64,000 nucleotides of DNA from positions 160,001-224,000 of the forward strand of contig JAPDJW010000002.1 of NCBI GenBank assembly GCA_029258885.1, given 5' to 3'. A model generated the notes under the pieces. That model was not told where the DNA came from, did no database searches, and saw nothing but the letters and a program-made list of their open reading frames with translations. Source of the stretch: Thermoproteota archaeon (lineage in GTDB: Archaea > Thermoproteota > Thermoprotei > Thermofilales > B9-G17). Positions 1-11,200 of this stretch are shown here, piece after piece. Each line of letters starts with the position of its first letter. Positions within the stretch are counted from its first letter, which is position 1. Both the position numbers and the translations under genes were made by a program.

Positions 1-1
1 G

Positions 2-1531
2 AAAAGCGTGGAGGAGGTCAAAGATTGTGTACGAAAGTACATAGACCTAAGGTATTCACTGGATAGGCTGGAGGATGTTAAGCTCTTCTGGGATAAGCTC
101 CTGAGTAAAACGCTGGTTGAGACCCCAGATAAATACCTAAACTATCTCGTTAACTACTGGTATAAATACCAGACTATAAGCGCTAGAATCCTATCTAGGA
201 ACGCCTACTACCAGCAGGCAGCTGCCTACGGCTTTAGAGATCAGCTTCAAGATACGTTAACTCTTCTCTTGGTGGACTACGAGTGGGCTAAGAAACAGAT
301 ATTGGAGCATGCTAGGCATCAGTTTTCGGATGGAAGCGTGCTACATTGGTGGCATGAACTAAATGATAGGGGCATGAAATCCGAGCATTCGGATACTCCA
401 CTCTGGCTTCCCTTTATGGTTATAAACTACATAAAGGAGACGGGCGACTACAATTTCCTTAAGCTGAAGGTGCCCTTCTATGATGGTGGGGAGGCGTCAA
501 TATTTACTCACTGTGAGTTAGCAATAAAGAGATGCCTAAGGAACTTCAGTAAACGAGGCCTACCGTTATTTTTAGCTGGAGACTGGAACGACGGTTTTAA
601 CGCCATAGGAATTAAGAGGAGGGCTGAAAGCTGCTGGCTCGCAGAGTTCCTATATTTAGTTTTAATGGAGTTCTCGAGGCTATGTACGATTATAGGTGAT
701 AGGAGAAAAGCCAAAAAATACAGGAGAAAGGCGCGTGAGCTAAAGAGGAAGTTTAATGAATTATGTTGGGATGGTGGCTGGTTTATAAGGGGTTTCGACG
801 ACGAGGGTGAGGCTATAGGAAGTAGCGCTTGCAGAGAGGGCAAGATATTTCTCAACGCTCAAAGCTGGGCTGTAATTTCAAAAATTACATCGAAGAAAAG
901 AGCTAAAAAGGCTATAGTATCAGCCGAGAAGATGCTAGATACAGAGTATGGTCCAGCTTTATTCACACCAGCATATAGTCGTCCATACGAAAAACTCGGT
1001 TACATCTCTAGGTATGCTCCGGGAACTAAGGAGAACGCTGGAATATTTATGCATGCTGTAACGTGGATGATCATAGCAGAGTGCATGCTGGGAAGAGCTA
1101 GGAAGGCCTATGAAATATATAGGAAGACTTGTCCAGCATACAGGGGATTGGATCCGTGGAAATGTAAAACAGAGCCCTATGTAACGTCGGAGTGGATAGC
1201 TGGACCTGAATCTAAATACTTTGGTGAGGGATGGAACTCCTGGTTAACAGGCTCAGCTGCGTGGAGCCTTAGAGCGGTTCTCGACTACATATTGGGTATA
1301 AGAGCGGACTACGATGGGCTTATAGTTGACCCATGTATACCAAGGGAGTGGAGGGAATATAGGGTTCGCAGGTTCTTTAGAGGAGCAACCTACGAAATAC
1401 ACGTTAAAAATGAGGCTGGAGTATCTAGGGGGGTAAAAAAGATACTTGTCGATGGAAGTGAGATAAAGGGCGTTAAGCTACCCTTATTCAAAGATGAGGA
1501 AACACACTATGTTGAGGTAATTCTGGGATAG
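2..1531 (+). CDS. GH94 glycoside phosphorylase (cellobiose/chitobiose phosphorylase-like), catalytic C-terminal part, 5'-partial
   Basis: Frame is open from the window edge (ORF track starts at GTG 8). Motifs GFRDQLQD, GSVLHWW, SDTPLWL, GDWND (catalytic Asp), ENAGIFMHA and WLTGSAAW are typical of GH94. Confidence 0.88.
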   Translation, partial: KSVEEVKDCVRKYIDLRYSLDRLEDVKLFWDKLLSKTLVETPDKYLNYLVNYWYKYQTISARILSRNAYYQQAAAYGFRDQLQDTLTLLLVDYEWAKKQILEHARHQFSDGSVLHWWHELNDRGMKSEHSDTPLWLPFMVINYIKETGDYNFLKLKVPFYDGGEASIFTHCELAIKRCLRNFSKRGLPLFLAGDWNDGFNAIGIKRRAESCWLAEFLYLVLMEFSRLCTIIGDRRKAKKYRRKARELKRKFNELCWDGGWFIRGFDDEGEAIGSSACREGKIFLNAQSWAVISKITSKKRAKKAIVSAEKMLDTEYGPALFTPAYSRPYEKLGYISRYAPGTKENAGIFMHAVTWMIIAECMLGRARKAYEIYRKTCPAYRGLDPWKCKTEPYVTSEWIAGPESKYFGEGWNSWLTGSAAWSLRAVLDYILGIRADYDGLIVDPCIPREWREYRVRRFFRGATYEIHVKNEAGVSRGVKKILVDGSEIKGVKLPLFKDEETHYVEVILG

Positions 1532-2848
1532 TTATCTGCTATATTTATCAACCCACCTACTATAGACGTCAGTCCAATCTCCTCTTCCAACGAATACTGT
1601 TAGCTGAAACTCCCTTGACTCTCTAGGCCTTAATGTCACAGTATTAAATACTAGCTCTATTGAGTAATAGCTGGGGCTAAAGTAACGTTTTACTAGAGAT
1701 ACATCATCCAGACTCCATAGGATTCCAAGTATTTCTTTCGTTGTATTATTGTAGTAGGCAGCCCATCCATTTGTTACTCTCTCGTCGCTAAGCTGAGTGT
1801 GGCGCCGCTTATACACCTCCTTATATCTTTCCTCGGGAAGTTCCTTAAGATAATACGTCGGCCACGTTATTCCAGAATAGTTGGGTTCAAACCTTTCAAC
1901 GTAAGTTCCGTTTTCAACAGGAAGATACAGCCAGTCATCCGTACTCACATCGCCTCCAATATTTAGATAGTTGCATACCCACAGCGACACCTTCTGCGTA
2001 GTTCTATTTAAGTTTGTAACTATATACTTTACATCAAACTCTGAATTAATGGAATCCATTGAGATCACTTTCTCAAGCTTGATTCTGCCTACGTTTTCTC
2101 CTTCAAGCACCTTAGAGAACATTACCTTTACCCTTTTACCATAGCCCCTAAGTATCTCGTAATCATATCTCTCGTTAGCTAAATATACTCCCCACCCCTC
2201 CTCGAGAAATGTATCATACAGCATGCCCAGCGACTCGTAAACTTCATTGGTTCCAGTTTCCTTATATATCAGGCTATTTATCCTCCCACCGCTGTTTGGA
2301 GCAATTGATAGGAGAAGCTTATTATTCTCCATAACTACTTCATCCACGCCATCCTCGTTAAAATCAAATGTCTTAATCCTGGCCTCATTTATTAAAGGTA
2401 TGTAAGTATCCTCCTTTATCGCCCTAAGTACCAGCCTAGATTTAAGCCCCTTAATGTATGGAATTCTAGATAACCTTTCAATAAACCTAACTAATTCATC
2501 GGATGTTCTGCATCTAACTTTCGCAAATATGTTAGATTCATTCTCAATAACATAAAGTTCCGTAATTTCATGCATGGATGAAAGATTTTTAATTGCCTCA
2601 GAGAGCATAGAGGGCTCGACTTTAATCTCCAGCAGAGAAAGATAGTCATAGTTAACTTTCTTAACGTCAAGCTGAACGGTATACTTCTTAATAATGCCCT
2701 TCTTAACCATCGCATCCATCCTACGCTTAACGGTAGTCGCCGTAGCTTCAATGCCGAATTCCTTAAGGCGCTCAGCTATATCAATAAGCGAGGTCCTGCT
2801 ATTTTCCATTAAAATCATTAGAATTCTCTTATCTATCTCGTCCAGCAT
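1532..2848 (-). CDS. Lrp/AsnC-family transcriptional regulator fused to a C-terminal carbohydrate-type beta-supersandwich domain (DUF1926/galactose-mutarotase-like)
   Basis: N-terminal ~150 aa: LDEIDKRILMILMENSRTSLIDIAERL HTH plus a RAM domain. The C-terminal ~280 aa begin FDFNEDGVDEVVMENNKLLLSIAPNSGGRINSL, resembling the C-terminal domain of GH57 4-alpha-glucanotransferases. ATG 2848 has a GAGGGTG RBS (ORF track uses GTG 2851). Confidence 0.8.
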   Translation of the reverse strand: MLDEIDKRILMILMENSRTSLIDIAERLKEFGIEATATTVKRRMDAMVKKGIIKKYTVQLDVKKVNYDYLSLLEIKVEPSMLSEAIKNLSSMHEITELYVIENESNIFAKVRCRTSDELVRFIERLSRIPYIKGLKSRLVLRAIKEDTYIPLINEARIKTFDFNEDGVDEVVMENNKLLLSIAPNSGGRINSLIYKETGTNEVYESLGMLYDTFLEEGWGVYLANERYDYEILRGYGKRVKVMFSKVLEGENVGRIKLEKVISMDSINSEFDVKYIVTNLNRTTQKVSLWVCNYLNIGGDVSTDDWLYLPVENGTYVERFEPNYSGITWPTYYLKELPEERYKEVYKRRHTQLSDERVTNGWAAYYNNTTKEILGILWSLDDVSLVKRYFSPSYYSIELVFNTVTLRPRESREFQLTVFVGRGDWTDVYSRWVDKYSR

Positions 2849-3082
2849 CACTATACACCCTCGTATCTTCTCCGACTTATGTATTAAAAACTCACATATT
2901 AAAGTTTATTTCGAACAATAACTCGTAAAATTCCAAAATTAACAAGATTATCCATGTACGAAATATGGCTGACTAAAGCTATAATTACTTTAAGGCGATA
3001 TTTAGAAAACAACGTAGTATAGAAAAAAATAAATATTCGATAGTTAAAATATAAAATTGCAGTGTTAAAAAAAGGTGTTAGT

Positions 3083-4276
3083 ATGAATAAAAATAAAGTG
3101 TCGGGCCTACTTATTGCGGTAATGCTTCTTCTAATGCTTCTGCCCATGCTTAGAATAGACAGCTATGTTAAGGCCACTCCCCAAAGAAGAGTTGTATTTG
3201 AATGGGTTAACCAAACAGCCAAGAAGTTCCGTGTAAAGACTTCATACATTGAATGCTACTTTGAGGGAGAGCAGGGTGGAAGCCTAATAGAGATAAAACA
3301 CTACGCCGTACCAAACGTGGATTTTGTAGATGACGTAAAAATGGCTGCGACAGGTCCCGACATCGGCTGGACCTCGTCGAGGTGGGGCATAGACATTTCG
3401 AATGTCACGGTATCCTACAGGGAAATTGAGGAGGATCTATTGGAGGTAAACGTTACTGCATTAAATAATAACATAAAGTTTGAGCATATATTCTACTTTA
3501 CGGACAGCGACGTAATACTGGTCTGGTACAGAGCCACACTCCTAGCGGATATCAATCTAACTTCAATAGGAGCAGAATTCGTACCAGCAACCATAGCTAC
3601 TTCAGGAGCCCAGGTTGTATGTACAGACTACTTCGGTAACCTAATAACCCACACATTGAACGGTAGCATGCTCTATATAGTATTTGGAAATTCAAGCGAA
3701 GGAACACTGCCTCTAAAGGAGAACTGGATGGCCGTATATAACCCAGATGTAAATGCTTTCGCTGGAATAATATGGCTTGACCCGGAGATGTTTATAACCG
3801 ATAAGTCGACCGTAGGCGTATGGGACGGCGCGGTATGGTCTGTAGCTTCGCTCGTCTCTAGATGGTTTGATGATCCCAAGGGCAAGGTATTCCCGAAGGG
3901 AACAATGTTCGAAAACTACCTATTAATAGTCGTCGGCTCTGGAAGCTATGATAGAATTAGGGCATTAGGTGAATTAGTAAGAAACATAAATTCATACTAT
4001 CAGAGAGTAAAGATATCTACACTACTAGAGCAGATAAGCTCGCTCCAGAGCGCATACTCATCTCTACAGTCAGACTACAACTCCCTCCAGACCCAGTATA
4101 ATACACTTCAAACGGAGTATAACTCATTAAAGGCAGAGTTCGATGAATATAAAGCTCAATATACGGTTACTCAGGCTCAACTGCAGCAAACACAGATGAC
4201 TTCAATAATTATAGGCATTGTAATAGGTCTAATAATAGGATTCGCTTTAGGATGGTTTATAAAGAAGAAAAAGTAA
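3083..4276 (+). CDS. Secreted, C-terminally membrane-anchored beta-sandwich protein with coiled-coil stalk
   Basis: ATG 3083 follows AAGGTG. Signal peptide (VSGLLIAVMLLLMLLPML), beta-rich core, heptad repeat, TM helix and KKKK tail. Confidence 0.75.
   Translation: MNKNKVSGLLIAVMLLLMLLPMLRIDSYVKATPQRRVVFEWVNQTAKKFRVKTSYIECYFEGEQGGSLIEIKHYAVPNVDFVDDVKMAATGPDIGWTSSRWGIDISNVTVSYREIEEDLLEVNVTALNNNIKFEHIFYFTDSDVILVWYRATLLADINLTSIGAEFVPATIATSGAQVVCTDYFGNLITHTLNGSMLYIVFGNSSEGTLPLKENWMAVYNPDVNAFAGIIWLDPEMFITDKSTVGVWDGAVWSVASLVSRWFDDPKGKVFPKGTMFENYLLIVVGSGSYDRIRALGELVRNINSYYQRVKISTLLEQISSLQSAYSSLQSDYNSLQTQYNTLQTEYNSLKAEFDEYKAQYTVTQAQLQQTQMTSIIIGIVIGLIIGFALGWFIKKKK
4043..4147 (+). repeat. Five imperfect 21-bp tandem repeats encoding coiled-coil heptads (LQSAYSS/LQSDYNS/LQTQYNT/LQTEYNS/LKAEFDE)
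   Basis: Visible in DNA (ctccagagcgcatactcatct, ctacagtcagactacaactcc, ctccagacccagtataataca, cttcaaacggagtataactca...) and in the protein. Confidence 0.75.
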
Positions 4277-4297
4277 GAAGATAATAAAGGTGTCAAA

Positions 4298-6244
4298 ATG
4301 AAAAAACTTTTTTTATTTATAATAATTTTAGTGGTAAGCCTAGTAGCTAAGCCCCTTATCGGCGTATTTTCCTATAGTAATGATGAAGTCTACGAAAACT
4401 ACAAGTATAAGGCAACAGTACATATAACCGAGACAGCTGGCGTGGATAGATTCTTTGAGCTCGTAATAGTAAGAACTCCACCAATTGATGTAAGCGTTTT
4501 CAAAATAGACTACTTAAGCGGGCCGTCCTCGGCTAAACATGGAGGCGTAGCCTACGTAAAGGATGTACTCGTAGTAAAGGCTGAAGGAGATAAGCTTATT
4601 GAAATACCATCCCAAACCGGCGATGTCATATTTTATCCTAACAATACGGTATCCTTCAACATCTATTTCCTAATTAATATTTCTGGGAACAGCAGAGATA
4701 CATACTACATCTACTTCGGAGCTAAGGATCCAAGCAAGATTGAAGATCCGCTGAAAAAGTATAAGACTGATCTAAGATTCTCAGAAACTAAAACCGGGGG
4801 AGTAAGCGTAGAAAACACCTATTACAACGTTACCGTTGATTCCTCACTTGGAGGCTGGCTGACTAGCCTAATACATAAAGCTGGAAGCGGCACAAAGTAT
4901 GTACATGGCGATAGTGGAGGAGGAGCCTTCATATACTATAAAAACAGGTGGTTATCCCAAGTTTTTAATACAAAGAAGGTGGAGTATAGGATTTGTGCAT
5001 TAGGTCCAATAGCAGTGCACGTGGAATTCTGGGGACCTATAGTAGATACATCGAAGAAGGATCTCGGAGTAGGAGAGTATCATACAACATGGATATTTAC
5101 AGCCTATTCTCCGAGGATAATCCTGATACAAAACGTTACTTTGAAGACCGTAATTAAAGCCAACGATTTTAGACCAATACAGTTTTTCATACCAAAGTTC
5201 AACTGGTATGATTTCTACGTCTTACAGTCAGATAGAACGCTCTATCAGGGGTCCGTAACGAAGTCCGTTGATAAGGGTGGAGCAGGAGTGGACTTTAATG
5301 AGGCCTTCTGGGAGGTAGATATAACCAAAAATAATCCACAAGATGCTGTTGCCGTAATACCTGAACACCCAATCTTTGACCTAGTTAAGGAGCACTGGTA
5401 CAATATAGGCTGCCTAGACTACGTTAAAAATACTAGAAATCCGGACACGAGGACGCAGGTATTTGGTCCGGGAACCTACGAGAACCCCGTCAAGTTCTTC
5501 CTGATAATAGATAGAGCAGATAGAATGCTGGAGAACGACTTAAGCATAATATATACGTACGAGAAGCTGCTAAAGCAGCCATTAATAATTGAATCAGAGT
5601 TTCCGGAGATAGAGGTTAAGAGGATTACATATGCAATATACGCCTTCAAGATAGTCGATATAGCTAATAACCCGGTTAAGGACGTTTTAATAGTAAGTGA
5701 TGAAGCGAGACAGAATATTACGGATGAGAATGGAATAGCTTACCTAAACCTGACCTTAGGGAAGAGGACTATAAACATATTCTGGCATAATCTCAGCGTA
5801 GGCACGCTACACATAGTAGCTTCACCAGGTGGCGAAAACCTAACCATACAGATAAATGTCGCTGTAGTAAATGGGCTATCATTCGGCTCTAATGGAACGA
5901 TAGAGTCCCTCCCCACGGTAAGTAATGAAAAGATTTCATTAAATATCTCGTCTACGCCCAACACACTAGTATTATGCATAGTCACAGGATTGGAGAAGGG
6001 TCCATTAGCGGTTAAGGTAAATGGGGTCGTAGGCTCAAGCGGATACGACTACACGTACAGGGACGGAGTTTTAACAATATATGCCATAACCGACGCCAAG
6101 GGTAAAGCCGCAATCGAGATAATGTTCGTTTCAGAGGAAATCCTACCCTTCTACATGTTTCTTCTGGCGATAATATTCGGCTTTATCATACTAGCTATAC
6201 TGCCTTTTGCGTATCATTTAAGGGGTGAGAAATATGTCAGGTGA
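4298..6244 (+). CDS. Secreted membrane-anchored multidomain surface protein (DUF2341-like region, beta-supersandwich, Ig/carboxypeptidase-regulatory-like domain)
   Basis: AAAGGTG RBS, MKKLFLFIIILVV signal peptide, RDTYYIYFG motif, VENTYYNVTVDSSLGGWLTSL sandwich start, VDIANNPVKDVLIV Ig-like repeat and C-terminal TM. Confidence 0.7.
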   Translation: MKKLFLFIIILVVSLVAKPLIGVFSYSNDEVYENYKYKATVHITETAGVDRFFELVIVRTPPIDVSVFKIDYLSGPSSAKHGGVAYVKDVLVVKAEGDKLIEIPSQTGDVIFYPNNTVSFNIYFLINISGNSRDTYYIYFGAKDPSKIEDPLKKYKTDLRFSETKTGGVSVENTYYNVTVDSSLGGWLTSLIHKAGSGTKYVHGDSGGGAFIYYKNRWLSQVFNTKKVEYRICALGPIAVHVEFWGPIVDTSKKDLGVGEYHTTWIFTAYSPRIILIQNVTLKTVIKANDFRPIQFFIPKFNWYDFYVLQSDRTLYQGSVTKSVDKGGAGVDFNEAFWEVDITKNNPQDAVAVIPEHPIFDLVKEHWYNIGCLDYVKNTRNPDTRTQVFGPGTYENPVKFFLIIDRADRMLENDLSIIYTYEKLLKQPLIIESEFPEIEVKRITYAIYAFKIVDIANNPVKDVLIVSDEARQNITDENGIAYLNLTLGKRTINIFWHNLSVGTLHIVASPGGENLTIQINVAVVNGLSFGSNGTIESLPTVSNEKISLNISSTPNTLVLCIVTGLEKGPLAVKVNGVVGSSGYDYTYRDGVLTIYAITDAKGKAAIEIMFVSEEILPFYMFLLAIIFGFIILAILPFAYHLRGEKYVR

Positions 6245-8216
6245 AGCAAGCACAGGGGCTAAACTAGTAAAGGCATACGTGCTAGGAATACTATTAACAA
6301 TTATAGTGACGATGGTTAACAGCTTTGCCTGGATCTTAGCTCCAGGAGCAGATTTCCCCATTAGCATTCTAGCGCCTATACTCATTCTATTCATCCTAAG
6401 GATAGTCTCAGATATTGGAGCCAAATTATCTAAGGAAAGTATGGCCATAATATACTCGATGATCCTTGTCTCCATAGGATGGAGCTTCATATCTGCTTTC
6501 TGGATATCACAGGCATCCGGCTCGGTCTACGTACCCAGACTGAGGGCTATAGTCTCCCAATGGATTCCCGATTTATGGACTCCTAGGAGCATACTCATAT
6601 TAAAAGGGATGTTTCTCGGTGGCAGTATACCATGGGATGCATGGATGACTCCGGTGCTGTTCTGGATCGCTCTTGCATTAGCATGGGCTTTCCTACTATT
6701 ATCACTAATGCCTCTCTTCAGCACAATATTCGTAGATATAGAGAGACTTTCATTCCCACTATCAACAATACCCCTAGCAATTATAGGTAAAAGTAGCGGC
6801 AGTAAGTTCAGCGAGTACTTTAGGGATATACTATTCATAGGTGGTTTACTCATAGCAATTGCCTTCACTTTGCCCGATGTAATAAACACTGCCGTGAAAA
6901 ATCCCAATTTCCTGCCTTCTCCAGCTGTCCTCATGACGGTAGACTGGCACGAAGTATTCCCAGAGATAAAATATGTCTTAAGGGGTGCAGTATTGTACAC
7001 CAGCATTACTCCGTTAATGTTTGCCTTCGCTTATCTACTCCCCCTAGATGTTCTGTTAACTCAATGGATAACTTACATTTTCTTCATGATAGTACTCCCA
7101 GTAGTAGATATATACATGCTTCATCCGGAGAGGTTTAGAGAGTACGTCAATAGCCCGGGTTATGCGTGGGACATGACTATATCCCCGGCGTATAGCGTTT
7201 GGAGGACGGAAGCATTAACATTAATAGGAGGAATATACGGCCTAGCACTTTTCTATATAGCCTACAACTGGAGCAACATATCCTCATGGATTAAAAAGCT
7301 ATTCAGGGAGCGGCCTAAGGTGGAGATGTTATCGGGAGTATACTTTGTATTCTCGGCAGTAATACTAATAGCCCTACTAACGATTTCGGGAATGCCTCTA
7401 GTACTATCAATACTACTGCTAATAATGCTTATAGTCTCATCCATAGGAATGACAGCATTAAGAGCATCAGCTGGAGGAAACATATTAAATGGCCTAGTAA
7501 TTGGAGGAGAATCCAACAGACTCTTCACGCTGGCTTTCCTCTACGATACAGGTGGAGCACTAGGAATATTCAATAGCAGACCCAGCCCGACGCCTACTCA
7601 GCAGTGTTTTCTCAGTATGCAAGCTGCAATAATTATAAATGGAGATGCAATGGCATGGAACCCGCTGGCTCTAGGACTAGAGTCATATAAAATATGCAGT
7701 GAATACGGTATAGGTAAAGATAAGGTATTTACCGCACAGGCATTAGCGTTGCTTGTAGCGATACTAGTATCCTTCCCACTTGTGCTCTCAGTATTCTACA
7801 GCTATGGTATTGAAAACATAATATATACCTATCACAGCTCGATAAGAGATATCTTCGCCGAGGCATTTACGAGAGACTTAACCCTGTACTACACTAACGT
7901 TGGGCCTCTTAACGTCCAGTTAAGTAGCCCCTACCTTCCACACACTATAGCTGGAATAATAATAGTAATCGCCTTGATGTACATGAGAATAATGAAGCCT
8001 GGTTTCCCGCTAAATCCAGCGGGATACGTGCTGGGAGCAAGCTTCTTCACCTATCCATGGTGGACAGCATTCCTAGTAGCATGGATTGTTAAGTACATCA
8101 TAATAAGGATAGGTGGAGCCGAGCTCTACGAGAGGACAATAAAGTTCTCAACGGGAATAGCTATCGGAACGGGCATAGGTCTCCTAATGCTATGGTTAGC
8201 TTCACTAACGACCTAA
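6234..8216 (+). CDS. Polytopic membrane protein, OPT-superfamily-like class B (DUF6785/DUF6784-like), module copy 1
   Basis: Many hydrophobic segments. FVDIERLSFP, FPLNPAG and KYIIIRIGGAELYE are shared with 41643-43676 and 44930-46963. ATG 6234 follows GGGGTGA (track GTG 6225). Confidence 0.72.
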   Translation: MSGEASTGAKLVKAYVLGILLTIIVTMVNSFAWILAPGADFPISILAPILILFILRIVSDIGAKLSKESMAIIYSMILVSIGWSFISAFWISQASGSVYVPRLRAIVSQWIPDLWTPRSILILKGMFLGGSIPWDAWMTPVLFWIALALAWAFLLLSLMPLFSTIFVDIERLSFPLSTIPLAIIGKSSGSKFSEYFRDILFIGGLLIAIAFTLPDVINTAVKNPNFLPSPAVLMTVDWHEVFPEIKYVLRGAVLYTSITPLMFAFAYLLPLDVLLTQWITYIFFMIVLPVVDIYMLHPERFREYVNSPGYAWDMTISPAYSVWRTEALTLIGGIYGLALFYIAYNWSNISSWIKKLFRERPKVEMLSGVYFVFSAVILIALLTISGMPLVLSILLLIMLIVSSIGMTALRASAGGNILNGLVIGGESNRLFTLAFLYDTGGALGIFNSRPSPTPTQQCFLSMQAAIIINGDAMAWNPLALGLESYKICSEYGIGKDKVFTAQALALLVAILVSFPLVLSVFYSYGIENIIYTYHSSIRDIFAEAFTRDLTLYYTNVGPLNVQLSSPYLPHTIAGIIIVIALMYMRIMKPGFPLNPAGYVLGASFFTYPWWTAFLVAWIVKYIIIRIGGAELYERTIKFSTGIAIGTGIGLLMLWLASLTT

Positions 8217-8234
8217 AATTAAGGTGAATACGTA

Positions 8235-11200
8235 TTGAGGAGATCCCATACCAAGCTAAAATATTCATTAATAATTTTTTTAATAATTACTATCCTTTTT
8301 CTTCCGACAGTTTCTGCTTCCCCCGGAAGCTCCACGCCAGTCTCCGACGTAGAAGTAATTAAAAAATTTATAGGCAATAGCACAGCCGCCGTATTAAGCC
8401 ATGTGAGGACTCTTTCTTCCTACGGCTCTAGAGTTGTGGGGACTCAAGGCTTCTATGAAGCTAGAGATTATATAGCGTCGATTATGAGCAATCTGGCTGA
8501 TGAAATATATTACCAGAACTTCACAGTAGCTGTGCCACGCTACGATATAGACTTCTCCTATAGCGTAGACGGTAATAACTATAGAGCCAAAATATATGCA
8601 ATCCTTCCTAATGGCTTCTCTCTAGGTCAGATTGGGGATATAGAGGGAGAACTAGTTTATGTAGGATCCGGCGAGCTTGATTCATATAGAAACATGAATG
8701 TTAACGATAAGATAGTTCTCATAGACTTCGAATCAGAGATAAACTGGCTTAGATACGGGAGCATACTAGGACCCCCCAAGGCATACATCTTCATCGAGCC
8801 GTACGTTCGAGGAGCGACATTTAACGATTCACTGGGTACCGAATTTACGAGAAAAGACGTATATGGACAATACGTCTCCATCCCAATAAATACGCCTAGA
8901 TTCTACGCAAGGATTAGTGATATTAAACATATTCTATCGTTGCTTGAAAATGGGAAAACGATCAAGGGTAAAATACGTGTGAGGGCTGAATGGCGCCTGG
9001 TCAAGGCATGTAATATAATAGGCTACATTAAAGGCACAGTTTTTCCCGACGAGGTATTAATTGTAGCTGCACACTATGACTCCTACTCTATAGTCCCCGA
9101 AATTTCTCCCGGAGCGGATGAAGCTCTTGGAATAAGCTTTATGCTAGAACTAATGAAGTTCTTCAGTATAAATAGGCCGAAAAGATCGATACTTTTCGTA
9201 GCATTATCCGGACACTGGGAAGGCTTGGCTGGAGCAAGGATTTTCACAAAAAACATAATCTTAGGGAAAACTTACAACGTGAAATTATTCATATATCTGG
9301 CTTTTTCGGCATCTGGAAGCGAGCTTGCAATTCTCCATGCAGGACGATTCTACTTTAATCCAACGGCGGGAATAGAGTATCACAGAGCTGGAGTGTTAGA
9401 TAAACTCAACCTCTACATAGGACAATTAAAGATAAAACTGTATGGAGGAGAAAGGAGCGTAGAGAGTTTCATATATCCCGGCTACGCTTGGCTCAACATA
9501 ATATATGGGGATCCTCTCTCAATCTTCGATAGCGAGGCCTTTACACTCGCTGGAGGATACGGTCTAGCCTTCTACGTTCCAGGTCCAAGGCTGTACTGGG
9601 GTACGCCCTACGATGAATATTCCAAGTTTAAAGAGAATTTCGAGAATAACGTAGTTTCAAGGAAGTCAAACTTCCTAGAAGCCTCAGCCTCATTAATATA
9701 TATTCTGGCAAACGACCTAGAGCTTAACATTAAGGAGCCAAGCTTCCGTCTTTTTGATACAAACTATGGTGGCTTCTCCACAATCAGGGGACGCGTATTA
9801 ATATACAACTTAAGCACGGGATGGTATACCCCAGTACCTAATGCTATTGTCAGATTAAGGGTAATAGCCAGCATGCCTAATTCATTTGGCCTCGGAATAT
9901 ACGGTGGATACCCCAAAATAAAGGCCGAATACGTGGAGGGATACTATACTACATCTGGAAGCATAATTAACATAACTGATAGCAAGGGCGAATTCACAAT
10001 ATATGGGATATCGCCGTCAGCCCTCCTGGGAACGGAGTACCTTCCGAGCATAAGGTACAGCTATATAATAGAGGCGTGTATCCTCAATGAAAGAGGCGAG
10101 ATAGAATACTACAGCGACCTAGGAGTACACAGCAGAGATGTAGTGTTTGAAATCAATAGGGAAGAAGAGATGGTAAACCATGTTATTTTCAGATGCGGTT
10201 CAATAATTGCTTATTCGATAATAGAACCTGAAACTCTATCAATACCGAAAATATTTAGGCTTGAGGTAAGGGACGCATTAAGCCACATGACCCCGCAATT
10301 TTACGGAAGCACTTTCTACTCATTCAGCGAGGGATATAGCGCTTTCATAGTATTTTCGAGACCAGATACCCCCATTGAAATATTTATAGTATCGAGAAGC
10401 CCCCTAACAGGCGAACCCAAGCCGCTGGTTTTCCTAAACAATGTAAGCAGAGGACTTAGAGCTGAATATGGTCGTAGCACCTACCTGAAGTTCTCATTCA
10501 TCCAGATAGCAGAAGATCTTTACAATATATGTTCGGAACGCTATAGCATGTTTTATAGTCAGGGGATAAGGAACCTTGAAGTAGAGGATAACCTTAACAG
10601 CATAAGACTGTATCTGGATAAGGCTAGGGAGAAGGTTGCCTTAAACGAATACACTCAGTCCATGATTCTAGCGCTGGAGGCTTGGAAGCTAGCTAGAGAA
10701 GTATACGTGAAACTGTATTACGAAGGTTTAAACATAAGGTTTTCAATAATATTTGTATTTATTCTCCTAATACCCTTTATCTACTTCTTTGAGAGGCTCC
10801 TCTTCATGTACCCCGATATTAAAAGACAGACGCTAGCGATGGTTTCAATTTCTATAGTAATAGTTGTATTCCTATACCTCATGCATCCGGCCTTTAAGCT
10901 GGTAGAGGATCTTTTCCTCCTTTTCCTAGGAGTATTAATTTCTGTATTAACTCTACCTACAATGGCTATACTCTTATTCGACTTCGCTTCGCTACTCTAT
11001 GTATTTAAGAAGAAGGTTAGAGGACCTCACTTTACTGGTATAAGCCGTAGCGGAGCTATAGTTGCAGCTTTCAATATTGGTGCGTCGATGATGAGGCGAA
11101 GAAAACTTAGAAGTAGCCTAACCTTCGCAACCCTAGTCATAATAATTCTAGCACTTATAATATTCTCATTCCCCGCCGTAACCATCGGTGTAGTTAAGCG

